Shown here in pieces: positions 1-13,381 of a stretch of DNA of 64,000 nucleotides. The notes below the pieces were generated by a model that was not told the DNA's origin, ran no database searches, and saw nothing but the letters and a program-made list of their open reading frames with translations. This stretch comes from Paecilomyces variotii. Lineage: Eukaryota. Made by a program: the position numbers and the translations under genes. Position 1 is the stretch's first letter; every line of letters starts with the position of its first letter. The stretch is taken from assembly GCA_004022145.1 (NCBI GenBank), contig RCNU01000011.1. The stretch is one strand, 5' to 3'.

Positions 1-3000
1 AGAAACGAGGGATCACGTATACAGAAAATTTGCTGGTGATGCTTTGAAGTTCTAGCGCCGTGGCTGAAGAGTCTGGGCTTCTATCGTCCACCGTTCCCCA
101 CGGGACCGTGGAGGCATCTTAGTAGGCCTGGAGAAAGGGCGAGACTCCTTTGGACCCTGCACCATGGTATGCATGGACATTGGACAGTGACCTATCGATA
201 CACAGTAGAGTACTCACGGGGAGCTTGCGGAAAATCTCTATTGCTCATGAATCGAAATATTCCCTCGTGCTCGAGGTCATTTTTTCCGTTTTGAGGCAAA
301 ATCTTCTGGCCGTCAGCTCTGTTGATCATTTGCGTCCCTGCACTCTTGCTTTTTTTTGGAAGGCGAAAGTGTTTCAGCCAGAAGGAATTCCAATAGAAAA
401 TATTTGTCTATCGATGTAGGTAAAAAGTGGCGTGTCAAGAGGTAAATAGGGGTAGATAGGTGTGGCACGGACATCTCTGCAGAGATGCCCACTATCCCAA
501 AAAAGACTGAGAATAGCTATGACTGTGACGATTCTAACATCACCACCATGCGGTGAATCACTGGACGGGCCGGTCCAGCAAACTTTTGATCTAACGATGC
601 CTGGGGCATGCATCTATCCCAGTCGAGTTGTTCGGGGGTAGGGGGTCTGAATCCACGAGACAATTCCATTATTCTTGAAGACTGCTGTTCCTGGGCTTTG
701 ACCGCTAGAATGATCAGGCCAGCTTTTTACTACTCGCACCAACCAACACCAACCAACGTTCAACAACCTAACTATGGTATGTATGAGACAGGCAGAAGGC
801 GTCTGTCGAATGCGTCTATCGGCACCCAACATCTCGGGGATGGCCAGTCTCATGAGATTCGATTCGCAGAGGCAATAACCCCTGCAAATCATCGGTGTCG
901 ATTTCCTTGTGGATGAGAGCAGTGAGAACCAAGATCTTTAGATCCAATATTACCTACTGTACACATGGTGCACCGTGCTTTCCCGGTAACGAAGCATACA
1001 ATACCTGTACGGAAAAGCGATTACGGTACCGGAGGACGGAATCTGATAGGCTTCCGGGGGATCATGATGCATTCATCTGCAGGTCATGTGAACGGTGGAC
1101 CCGCCACCCTGGCCCCAATCCATCCTGGCCCCAAGGAACGGGCAGCAGTAAAGTTATAAAGAGTATGAAGCAATTTGAGAATAATGGAGCACGGTGGAAA
1201 GCATAAATTTTCAATATGGATACGTACAAGAGTCCCTGCAGCAGGCCCTAACGGCAGTTTCATAGGGTAAACGATAGTCGACCGTTCTTTTGCTCCGGAC
1301 GAAGGAGATGACTCTCTTCAGTGGCACGAACCACGTTCGACAAACCGTGAGATTGACGTCGATATAATAGCTAATTAATTGGCCGCTCCGGGCTCTCTCA
1401 GGGCCCAACTTTGGTTCAAACGGGGCCTGTATGCCATTCGGGCCTCGTGATCGCCGCGCCGAGGAGAAGTCAGCAGATCACTGGACATTTTCCGTTGAAA
1501 AAGCCTCTCTCAGGTGACCGACTGGTCTGGCGTGCTCAATTGGTAATCCCCCATGGCAACTTGATAAGTTAGAATTCCTGGATGAATATAGGTGAACTTG
1601 CATCTCCACTCTCCGCTCTCGTCGGGGGCTTTCTTTTTAGGAGGACAGTCGAGCGTCTCAACCTCAACATAATGCTAATGGCGGACAACGTCACGTTTCC
1701 GGGCAATGTGCTGGGCGAGCGGAAAACAGACTCGGATTGGCCAGGTCTCCACTCAGCACATGCCGACCCAGCAGTAGTAGGAGGGCTATAGCACATCCGC
1801 TAAGGGGCGCACTATCTCTGTCCGTTGACTCCGTTTACTTTGCTCTACTTTGCGGTGGAGCGCGCAGAACTGGCGGTTTGTAACGAAGCAATGATCATGA
1901 ACGCTATCAGATCGTGCTGGACGTTAACATTCCTAGTCCGGAGTAGTATGAGAAATCTGCTGGAGACTGGAGTGGCTGCTAGATACTCTAGTTATCATTA
2001 ACTACTCAAGCTCCAAAGCATCATTTGCACGAGATCCCTTGCGGTGATGATACTGGATACTCGAGTCTTTTTATTCTTATATAGTCCTCTCTCTCTCTCT
2101 TTTTTTTCCCTGCTCTTATATTCTCCAATCTTCAAAAGAACGCCCTACTCTATGGCAATGGACGTTCCCAGCACAAGAACTAATTAATCCATAGTTACCC
2201 AGAATGCTCGTCCGTCTATATAAGCACGGACTTAACTTACTTATCTCCCCTGACCCAAAGCGGCATCAGGATAATCTTCAACTCTATCAACTCGAAGTCC
2301 CTTTCCAGTCCCCACCAGCAGTTCTTTCCTGACACCGTCATCGAACCAATAAGCATAAGTTCTCTGTGTTGAGCGGATGCATCACGCGCCCATCACTCCT
2401 CGAAACATATCCACGCAGAGGAGACGGACCAACCTTCATCGTTGTTCTTGCTTCTTTTTCCCTTCACCGTTTCACCCTCTCATAGAGAGCTTTTCCAGCA
2501 GTAACAGATTGAACATGGATCCCTTGAATTTCCCTGTCCACCCAATACAACACAAATGGGATATGATGTCAGTGTGGGGGGAAGGAGAAAATGCCTAACC
2601 TGAATAGACTATTCCTGCCAAAATACCATCCTTTTCTCTAGTTACACCCATATCGCCACCACCACCGCCATATCGTTTACCATACTTGATTCGAGTGAAA
2701 CCCAACTACCTAGGCATATGTCACTCAGAGTATGCTGGCTGGGCATCAAACGATGCAGGGACAATGCATCTAGTCTGAAGGAAAGTAAATTTATCCTTGT
2801 ACATTATCTATTGGAGATGGTTGCCCTACGATACCTTATGGCTATGAGGTAGCATATGTATCGTTGGGCCATCTATCATATGTATGTATGTATGTACCTG
2901 AGAAGCAGGTCAAATACCCAACGAGTGATGACGAAGTATCAAGTAGTTCTTTTCATACAATATTCTGGACCAGGATCATATCATACGGCTAGCTAGCTAG

Positions 3001-4278
3001 CTATTGAATATAATATTTCCCTTTCATTCATGAGCTAGAGTACCCCCCGGCCTCAATTCTGTTTTCGTCGCTTACCATAACTTGCCAAGGAAAGACCTGG
3101 GCAAAAAGAGAAAAAAAAGCCGCCTTGCTACTTATTATGGTATATCCATCATCTATCTACCTTTCTTAGACTAAACTACAAGTAGCAATCTATATATCTC
3201 TTCTTTTGCTAGACATGAGATAATTACAATCATATCAAACCACAATCTCAACCCCTAATTAAGTAGTTAATCCTACCTGCCTACCTAGATTAGTCTGCAT
3301 ATTCATGTGAAGCAGGATATCTAGATGCATGTGCATATTAACCGTCAGTTCACCATTAATCCATATATAGATAGATAGATAGGTCAGTTATATGACGTAT
3401 ACACATCGTAGATGATGCCATTTAATTGAACTGAACCAGGTCCACTTTATCTTAGGTAACTTAGCAGTGGTCAATTCCCCATGCTATTTCATCTATCAAA
3501 AAAAACTATACGCGTATGCATCAGTCTACTGGAAATCCGCCAATATCTTATCTTTCCCCAGCCTTTTGCCCTGACACTCAGTAACCGAGAATAGCTAGAT
3601 TGGAAATCTTAGATCTTGGTTTCTCCCATGCAGGTCCTCTACCTAGCTACCTAGCTGATGGGATGGATGGATCCTAATGCAGGCTAGCTAGGTGTTCTGC
3701 CGGATTTCATGCTGCTAGGCGATTCTAATTTCGACGCTGCCGGAATATGATAAGGGCTGATGTTTACTAGGCAAAAGAACAATTCAGATAAATGTGCTTA
3801 AATCATCTTCGTGGACTCAGTCACTTTTCTCGTACTACGGAGGATTTATTTTACATTGCCCCATCTATGATGCCAATAAACAGCTCGGTGGAATCCCTCC
3901 ATGCATCCCGCCAGGCCAACCCCATCCATCAGACGAGAACAGATAGGAAAACTTGAGGACATGATGACATTCCACGGCCGTCGAGAAAGTAAGGGAATTC
4001 AAAAAATAGGGGGAGGAATTAACAACGCAAAGCACAAACATGTCTATACAAGAGACGGTTCCATGGCGCCAGATGACCGCATGGTGCACCAGCAAACCTC
4101 ATTCAAAGAGACCAGCCGAAGAAGCTGCGTTTCGTGCTTCCAAAGACACATGCAGGAGAGTGAAGAGGTACTAAAACAGAGTGTGAAAGAGTCGTCACAG
4201 GAAAAGTAGAGTGGGCAGAAACATCCCGGTCGCGGGGGATATTCTCTGCTACCGAATCAGGTATCTAGAGGCCATCCT

Positions 4279-5509
4279 CTAGAAGGGCGGCGGGATGGCG
4301 TTCTGAGCCTGAGCCTCCAGCTTATCCTGCTGCTCCATCAACTCCTCTCCAGCAATCTCGAGCGAAACGGCGAGACCGAGCTTAGCTTGTTGCTGCAGGG
4401 GAGAAAGCCAGTTAGTACTGGCTCAACTTATTTGGGATGAAAACGTAGATCTCTGACTCACCTTAACCTGGTCAATCTCTCCAGCAAATGTCAGAGAGAT
4501 GGGCATCGCTATCCGCTTCTCGAGCAGGCAGCTCAGCTTTCCGGTGCTGTCAATCTGGGCACGGAAGGTAGAGGCACGGAAATCGTATTTGGCACCAATG
4601 GTGGCCGTGCCGTCCCGGCGAGGACCACCCATCAGGGCAGCAGCAGCGCTAGGCGCGAACTGCAGGTTCATATCAACACCGGCCTCGACTCTCTCCGACA
4701 GCTTCTTCCAGTAGGACGCGGCAATAACACCCTGGGCCTGCAACTGTGCAGTCGCGATCCAGTCCTGACCCTTGTACTTCGCGCAGTAAGAGAAAGCAGC
4801 CTCTGGACGAGTGTTAAGACCCTGTCTCTGCCACATAGTCTCGAAACCAAGAGCGAGACTGGGGGTAATGGACTGGAGGTAGCTTCCGACGAAAATTCCC
4901 GTAAGGCCACCTTCCAGGATGGACGGGTTGAAGGCCTTGAGAGACGCGGAGAAGTCGGATCCGGTGTAGTCGTGATCGACCTGGAGGAGACCTTGTTGTG
5001 CACCGGCCATGATCTGAGCATTGGTCTTGGTGACCAGGGCGCTGTTCCAGCGGTAGTTTCCTACCGCGGCGAGGGCGCCATCACTTCCAATGTTGCCTTG
5101 CATGAAAACCTTTTGAGACGATCAATTAGCCTCAAAACATGTCCTTTCGACTGTCTCGAACCGACAAGACACCCAAGCTGGAAGTAATACAACTTACCTT
5201 GGGGCTTCCGTACATGGCAGAGAATGCGTACGGGGGCATATTGCCCTGCGATCCCATAGCAAAGGCATGGGATACACGGAACAAAGGCGCCATGCAGAAG
5301 ACCTTGGTCAAATCCGCGCGGAGACCCGTAAATATGTAATTGGACAGCAGAACTTCCTTCTGCACCTCTCTGGCGATGTTATCCACCGTTCCTGGGTTGG
5401 ACAGTCCGAGAGCCGCCCGGCGCTCTGAGAACGCCCTGTATGCATCTTGAATGGTGGCAGCAACCGTATTGTCCGTGAGGAAGGACAATGGCGATGAAGC
5501 GTCCGCCAT
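4279..5509 (-). CDS. TOM40: Mitochondrial outer-membrane import channel Tom40 (3 exons: 5509-5198, 5109-4462, 4392-4279)
   Basis: ORFs 5132-5509 and 4423-5103 give [22 protein letters not shown] and [17 protein letters not shown]. The spliced end is ...IPPPF*. Introns are GT..AG. Confidence 0.95.
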
Positions 5510-6381
5510 GATGTGTGATTAGAGAAGATGTGATGTGTCGGTGGTGAAGGGATTGAGATCCTCGGATCGACGCGAGGACACACGCAGGAACGAGAGATTG
5601 ACCAGATAGCAAGGCCAAAAAGGGAGCAGTGCGACCCTGTCTAGCTGATGGCAACGCCTGGGAAGTATTGGCCGGCCTGCTCTTAGACTGGGGGGGAGGT
5701 CGAAAAGAGCCGTGAAGGATGGGGAAGCTGGAGAGCTGCTGGCAGCAAAAAAGTTCGGTTTTCCGCAGCGACGGTCTTGCCAAGAGCCGACCTGCCTCTT
5801 TGTCGCATCTCGGCCGCTGGACTTGTTCGTCATGGCTTATTCAAGTAACTTAACTTAGTTAAACTCACTAACTGAACTAGTTCAGTTCAGTTATTGTTAT
5901 TGTGCTGCTCTATTACTACCGTTAAGCCGTCTCGGGCCTTTTCGGCCCTATCTAGTTCGTTCATCGGCCACTCTCTTGCTGCTTAATTATCTATCTACCC
6001 CGAAAGCCTAGGCAGGACAATGATTTCATCGAGTACTATTATTTGACCCCAAACTTGCCTTCTCCGCGCTTCCTGACCGTGGTCTTTCTTTGTTTGTGCC
6101 TTTCTTTTTCCTTTTCAGAGGGATCGCCTCTTATTGTCCTAAAGATTCGACTTCCCTGTCGCAGTGTGGTGACGCTATTGAGATAATACCATTATCACCT
6201 ACTTGGCACCTCCACACCGCCCGCCCCTCCGTTGAGGAGGTAATACTTGTGTCCAGTCAACGAGCCTTTGTGTGTTTGAGTGCTGAGTACGGTGCTGAGT
6301 GCTTAGTGCTTAGTGCTTAGTTTTTTCGTCTGTTCTGATCGGATACTTCTGTGACATTGGTTGTCAACCAGCGATTCCACC

Positions 6382-8666
6382 ATGGATACACTCTTGTAAG
6401 CTTCCCTCAACTACCTAACGATCTCAGCGATCTTACTACACTACTTTAACTGCTAGCCGGGCACGTCTTATGTCGCGAGGTCCCAAACTCGTCACTGTGC
6501 CTGGATTCAGGCACGGCTATTTGAAGAATATGGCGTCTAACTAGTTTGATCAGGACGGCAGATGTTGTTGCGAACTCGCCTCGTTTCCGCCGGAAGTCGA
6601 GCACCTACGTGGATGCTATCCACGATCTCCCCGAAAAGGTCGAACTGGCACCGGCCCAATTATACAGTACAGAATCAGGGCGTCTCTTTCATTCTGGCCG
6701 GATTGTGATTATTACTGTCGGGTTACCGGCCAGGGGCAAAACGTTAGTCCAGAGCCCTGCCTGGTTCTAGCAACATGCTGCTGACAATGCCGGTTCTGAT
6801 AGGCACATCTCCGTAGCACTCGCGCGTTATCTCCGATGGTTAGTCCCAGCGCACCCTGCCGTCCTCGATCCATCGCTCATTGCACTTTAGGTTGGGAGTG
6901 AAGACGAGGATCTTCCATCTTGGAGACTACAGACGAGCCACTATCGGTCCTGGACAAGATGTGCCGGATGATTATTTCTTCGTAAACGGTACGTGACAAG
7001 CGATCTGAGCTGATTCGCCGGATGTTGTATATCTAGCTGTTGTTATTGTGCGGACCATGCTGACGAAGAGCTACAGCTTCTGCGTCGTCCGTGCTGCTTA
7101 GACAGAAGATCGTGAAGAAGTGCAGGGAGGATATATATCATTTCCTCAATCACGAAAATGGGCAGATAGCAATATATGATGCTGTAAACCCTATAGCGGC
7201 TGGTCGCCGATCTCTGGCCAAGGAATTTGCCAAACACGACATCGAGGTAATCATCCAATCACCACTACGACTATGTAGACAGTGACCTAACTCACCCTCG
7301 CAGACGCTTTTTATAGAGTCCTGGTGTGATGACGAGCGCATCATTGAGGAAAATGTGCGAAGAGTCAAGATAGGATCACCTGACGTAAGTTTTACCGGAT
7401 TCATGTGTATACATGATCGCTGAGCTTCGAGCAGTATAAAGGGTGGAACTCGGATGACGCTGTCAAACATTATCTATCTCGTATCTCGGCTAGGATCCCC
7501 CAATTTCCAGACGATGGAGGAAAAGGATCTCAATTTCATCAAGGTTAGGAAGTTAGCTTTCTACGCGTTTCTCGGACGGAGTGCTGACTGCGGCCTAGAT
7601 GATAAATGCCGGCCAGAGACTAATCGTCAACAACTGCAGCTTCGGCTATCTCTCTCATCGGATCGTCTTTTACCTGCTTAATCTGCATATAAAATCAAGA
7701 CACACCTATTTTGCCCGCGTATGTGAACCAACAGTTGTCTCATCGAGCGTTTTACTGACCTGCCACAGGCTGGTGTCTCAAAGGAGGCCGATTCATACAA
7801 GGCAGATGCTTCATTGTCAGAGAAGGGGGAAGACTACGCACGAAAGATGACAGAGTGCCTCCTTAAGCACAGAGGGTCAGAAAGACAAGCCATGGAGGAG
7901 CAGGGAGAGGAGAAGGCTCAACTGAAACCTCTCACGGTCTGGACCTCTACGCGCCGTAGAACTGTCGAAACCGCTAAATATCTCCACGAGAAGGGTTACA
8001 AGGTCCGTCAGCGGTCTCAGATGAGCCAACTGAACCCAGGAGTATGCGAGAAAATGTCCGAGAGGAGAATTCGGGAAGAATATCCTGATGAGGTCGCAAA
8101 ACATGAGATGGACCCGTATCACCACCGATACCCCCGTGCTGAGGTAAGGTCTTGGACTTAGGTGAAGGAGTAGTCCGGTACTAACAGTTGTTATAGTCGT
8201 ACCATGACCTTGCCGTCCGTCTGGAGCCAATCATCCTGGAGCTGGAACGCGAGCAGAACGACCTGCTTATAATAGCCCACGAGAGCGTACTGCGAGTTCT
8301 ATATGGATATCTAATGGCATGTAATGCAGCAGATATACCATTTCTGTCGTTCCCTCGAAATGAGATCATTGAGGCAAGTTTAACGTCAACTGTGCCTGTG
8401 TACATGAAAACTGACCCCGTCATTAGATTATCCCAGCCAGTTATCAGAATGAAGCAAGAAGGATACAGATCCCTGATCTTCCCGAAGAGATCATCCCTGC
8501 TTCACCGGAAGACATAAAGATCCCTGTCCCGCCTAGTGGCGTTGCTTCTCCTATGCCTGGAGGGATCGGAAGTCCACAGGATGGGCTATCGTCACCGGCA
8601 AGTGGACTTCGGACCCCTCGGGAGCCCGAAAGGATCTCTCAGCAACAGGTGGAAGACGTTGTATAG
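6382..8666 (+). CDS. 6-phosphofructo-2-kinase/fructose-2,6-bisphosphatase-like protein (YLR345W-type), multi-exon
   Basis: Walker A VGLPARGKT, IAIYDAVN, VWTSTRRRT, HRYPRAESYHDL and IIAHESVLRVLYGYL occur across exons. ATG at 6382 begins MDTLL|TADVV; stop TAG at 8664-8666. Confidence 0.88.
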
Positions 8667-8773
8667 CCATAGCGCCCAATTGGATCAAACGAATTATTCG
8701 GTAGAGCTTTGATATCATAGCATGGCCATCATGTAATGCTCATAATATATAGGAATGCAAAGGGTGACTAGTA

Positions 8774-9241
8774 TCAGCCACCGTGCAAAGTAGACACGAA
8801 CAAGATATTGTCCCCTGGTTGTAACTCATAACTCTCTTCACCTTCCAGTTCCCAGTCGGCATCATTGATAAGGACCAAGATTCCCGGTCGTCTACCCTCC
8901 ATAGTTAGCCTCCCGGCGCGCAGAGGCTGTTTATGCTTCGTACTCACACGTTGTTATCCACGACGAAGAGTTCCTTCCTCTGGTCCTTCATGACATTCTT
9001 GACGAGATATTCGATGAGGTAACTAATCGTCGGCTTTTTACCATCGTCAACTGTGGCAGGTAGCGTGAGACTGTGCTTGCGTTCATTTGCGAAAAGCATC
9101 TCGAGGCCTCCACTGTGCGAAAAGCAGTCAGTCGTTATGCACTCGACTATCAGCAAAGAGGGGTCGGGAGTCAGACGTGAACTCAACAGTGATGGATATG
9201 CTTCCACCCTTAGGGTCCTGAGACCCAGGATCAGCTCCCAT
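8774..9241 (-). CDS. URM1: Ubiquitin-related modifier 1, the sulfur carrier for tRNA wobble-U34 thiolation (3 exons)
   Basis: The spliced product reads ITVEFT|GGLEMLF...[20 protein letters not shown]...FVSTLHGG*, ending in the diagnostic C-terminal GG. Confidence 0.95.
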
Positions 9242-9489
9242 TTCAGGCAAAAGAGTAGACCCAAGTACTCAGATCAAGTCTGGCAGACAAAGAAGCGGCA
9301 TGAGGAACTTCGCAAGACGAAAGACCTGCCACTTTGGTTGGGCGGCTTATCGATAACCTTAAATTTCTAATACCGTCTGAAACGCGAAAAAGACCTCCCC
9401 GCACCCAACTTGCACAGGCGCATTCTGAACGGTAGAGACCGCCTCATAGCTGGGATCGTGCCAGGAGACGGTCCTTGAAATCAGCATTC

Positions 9490-11980
9490 ATGGTGTCGAT
9501 TACGACTGAGTACATCAGCGCTGGTGGGAACAGGCACCCAGCCGCTGCAGACTGGGATTCTCAGTCTGGCGTGCTTGCCTTTGGCGCCGACAATAATATA
9601 GCGCTATGGAATCCTGCTGTATGACTTCCTCCAAAATAAAATATATCTCGAAGAGTTACTGATCATACTGATAAGCAAATAGGATAACACTCGCTGCGGG
9701 ATCTATTCGTTACTCGTCGGGCACACTGACAAAGTCACGGCCGTCCGATTCTACACATGCTCATCGACTGGGAAGAAGCTGATACTTTCAGGTTCGGTTG
9801 ACCGGACAATCCGAATATGGCAAGATGAACCCGCGTATCCATACTTTTCCTGCGTGGGCCATCTGGAAGGGCATGAAGGCTCGATCAATACTATCGCCGT
9901 GGCCGAGGGTTCGAACATTGTCGCATCCGGCGCAGCAGATGGCACAGTCAAGCTCTGGAGGATCGATGAACAGTTAAATGGGACGCTAGTGAATACGATA
10001 TCTCTGAAACCACGGTATTTCTCACTGACATTGGCATTGAGAGTTTTGGAGGCCGATGTGTCTGCGAAACCGATGGTGTTGGCAGTTGCGGGAACGAGGA
10101 ATACGGTACAGATCTACGTTGCGCAGGACACTTCTGGCGAGCCCGACTTCCAGCTCTGCGCTACGCTTAGCGGTCATGAAGCGTGGGTGAGGTCCCTTGC
10201 TTTCCAAAGTGATATACAGAGCAGCTCAGGGGACTTTCTACTGGCGTCTGCAAGCCAGGACAAGTACATTCGTCTCTGGAGGGTACAACGCGGAGAGGTA
10301 GCTCCTGTTGTGCCGAGAGACTCAGATGATCCTATGATTGGTGGTTTTGAACAGACGTTATCAAACAAGGCTCACACATTCGACGCTGTCGGCTCAAAGT
10401 ACTCAATCACATTTGAAGCCCTCCTTTTTGGTCACGAAGATTGGATCTATACAGTCGCATGGAACCCTGACCCCAAGCAAATGCAACTTGTCTCTTCCTC
10501 TGCAGACAACTCGCTCATAATATGGGAACCGGATCCAGTCTCAGGCGTTTGGATTTCGAAGGAGAGAATGGGAGAGATAAGCGTCCAGAAGGGGTCAACA
10601 TCTGCCACGGGAAGCACGGGCGGCTTCTGGATAGGTCTCTGGGCGCCGGGTAGAAAGGAAGTTGTCAGTCTGGGGAGAACAGGTAGTTGGAGGAGGTGGC
10701 AATACCTGAGTGAAGTCGATCACTGGGTGCAGACGCTAGGCATCAGCGGCCATGTACGGTCTGTGAGTGATATCGAGTGGGAACCAAAGGGTGGCTACCT
10801 TCTCTCCACTAGTTCAGACCAAACTACAAGAGTCCATGCAGAATGGAAGAGAGACGGTGCTAAATCATGGCATGAATTCTCAAGAGCCCAGATCCACGGT
10901 TATGACCTCAACTGTATCGATTCTTTGGGTCCTACACGGTTTATCTCCGGAGCCGATGAGAAGCTCCTGCGTGTCTTCAATGAACCAAAGGCAGTTGCTC
11001 AGCTGTTGAATAAGCTCTCTGGCTTTCAGCAGCTGGCTGTGGAGGAGATGCCGGATACTGCAAATATTCCCGTACTAGGCCTCTCGAACAAGGCCGCTGG
11101 AGACGAAGTCCCACTGGGCGAGGACATGAACGGCCTTAGTGATGAACAACCGTCAGCTCTTCCCGTGTCGCTTGATATGGACCATCCACCCTTTGAGGAC
11201 CATCTCGCCCGTTACACACTATGGCCTGAACACGAGAAGTTGTATGGTCATGGCTATGAGATATCGGCTGTGGCAGTAAGCAATGACCGATCTATCATTG
11301 CCACTGCGTGTAAGGCGAGCTCTATTGATCACGCCGTTATCCGTCTATATGACGCAGCCGATTGGCATGAAATCAGACCTCCCCTGACAGCGCACTCTTT
11401 AACCGTCACTAGTCTGAGCTTCTCTTCTGATGACCGTTATCTCTTGAGTGTCGGCCGAGATAGACAATGGGCTGTCTTTGAAAGACACGCAGACGAGCCG
11501 TCCCGTTTTAGCCTATTGAAATCGAACCCGAAGGGTCATAGCCGAATGATCTTGGGAGCAGCATGGGCGCCTTTATCCAACCCGCCTGCCTTTGCAACTG
11601 CCGGAAGAGACAAGACAGTGAAGCTGTGGCAAATGACGGATGGAGAATTCGTTTGCAAGTCGACCATTTCAGTCAAAGATCCCGTCACTGCACTCTCATT
11701 TCTTCCAACACCGCGTGGGAATTCATTCTATCTGGCCGTTGGTGAAGACAGCGGGGCAGTTTCTCTCCATAAGGTTGCTACTGATAGCCTTGAAACAGAC
11801 CAGATCACATCCTTTGACAAGCTCCTTTCGCCTTCTAGGAGTATAACTTATCTGTCATGGCGTCCTAACCCAGACAATATGGTCGATAGTGAGCAGAAGG
11901 AAGGGAGCAAGTATGAACTTGCCGTTGCAAGTGAGGACACGTCTCTGCGCATATATGCTATCTCGGATATTCCTTTCTAG
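9490..11980 (+). CDS. ELP2: Elongator complex subunit Elp2 (WD40 repeats; intron 9619-9682)
   Basis: N-terminus EYISAGGNRHP. Internal motifs FEALLFGHEDWI, WHEFSRAQIHGYDL, SGADEKLLRVF and LWPEHEKLYGHGYEI are characteristic of Elp2. Confidence 0.95.
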
Positions 11981-12143
11981 AGAGTGTCACAAGAAGGGGA
12001 CTCGCAAAAGTTGTTTTGCATTTCACGGTCGTACGGCGTCTTGCTGAGACACCTATATCTATCTATCTTATTACCATTAGTTCTAGTTGAATAGATTATA
12101 TGGGTATTGTTGAATATAGCGTAATTGAACCATGCGATTTAGA

Positions 12144-13067
12144 TCATTTGACTTTCTCATTTCCGTATCCTCCTTTTCCTTCAAGGGACTCGTACGTCTT
12201 CCCTTGTCCCGGTCGCCCGTTTCGCGGCCCTCTGTGCGCCAGGTCCTCTTTGAGCCATTGAAGGACCAATTCTCCGAGTTGGCTATTCTCAGCTGCCTTT
12301 TGCGGAACTTCGACATTGAAACTTTCTATCGGACCCCGTTGCTTCACTTGACCAAGGTGCATGTGGACCAGATGAGTCGGCCACTGCGCCAGGTTATCTA
12401 GAATGTGTGTCGCGTAGACAATAGTGCAAGGTCTCGTCTCTGTCTCGCGCTTCAAGAAAGACAGGAAATTGCTGCGGGATAGCAGATCCAGGTCGACTGT
12501 GATCTCATCGAGGAGAAGAACCTGCCATGGCCGGAGCAAACCCATGGCCAGCTGGACACGCCGCCGCTCACCGTCTGAAACGGCATGCATTCTCCAGGTC
12601 AAGTCAATGTCGAGGATGTCGATCAGCTCATCTCTTCGTTCTGGGTAGGCGTTTCCTCCTACCGACGCGAGGAGCGTCGGGACGTCGATATCAGTTCTCA
12701 CGATGCTGTTAAGAACCCACTCGACTCCCAGATAAGTCACCCCCTCAAGACCATCTTGGAAAGGGTCAACGCCTCCCACAGAGACGGTACCGTGAGGAGC
12801 AAGACGCTTCCCCGCCAGGAGACGAAGAAGCGTCGTCTTTCCAGCTCCGTTTGCTGCCTCAGCATGTCAGCATATTTCTACGGATGCAGGGATTCCGCTG
12901 GGAGGTGGTCAATTAATGTCCATACCGCCAATGAGAAGAGTCCTACTACCGCCTGGAAGATTCAGACTGACGTTTTGAAGGCCCGGAGATCCATCCTGGA
13001 AGTTGTAGGAGAGTCCTTTGACTTCAATGGACGGCGCTTCAGCGTTGTGCTTGTTGGTCTCACCCAT
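12144..13067 (-). CDS. CAF16: Soluble ABC ATPase, CCR4-associated factor 16-like (1 intron ~12925-12854)
   Basis: [14 protein letters not shown] (Walker A), [27 protein letters not shown] and IVYATHILD. No transmembrane domain. Confidence 0.88.
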
Positions 13068-13381
13068 GACGCGATTCTGCTTCTTGGTGATATTTTTCTT
13101 TCGATTATATATAAGCAATGCCCAAGCGCAATATTAGCCTTCAAAGATCTATAGGACCAAACGAGTCACTAGCCCAGCTTAAATTGTTGTCGTATTTATC
13201 ATCGGGACCGCGATAACATCGCTGCCGAGGCCGATGAGGTAATGACGGGAAAGTTACATCTAAAATTGTTCCATTCCCCGCCTACAATAATAATACTCGA
13301 ATATCTTCCATGTCGTATCGCATTAACTTCGACATGCGAGGAAGAGCAAGATGATGACTTGGAGATTGCAGCTCCGTCATT

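Noticed and set aside
3901-4209. 102-aa plus-strand ORF
   Set aside because: It lies antisense to the probable TOM40 3' UTR and has no recognisable domain.
6396-6553. Extra branch/acceptor signals and a GTGCCTG/CAGGCAC hairpin in PFK2 intron 1
   Set aside because: The internal acceptors give a too-short intron or an in-frame stop, and a 7-bp stem is within chance expectation. Not supportable without RNA data.
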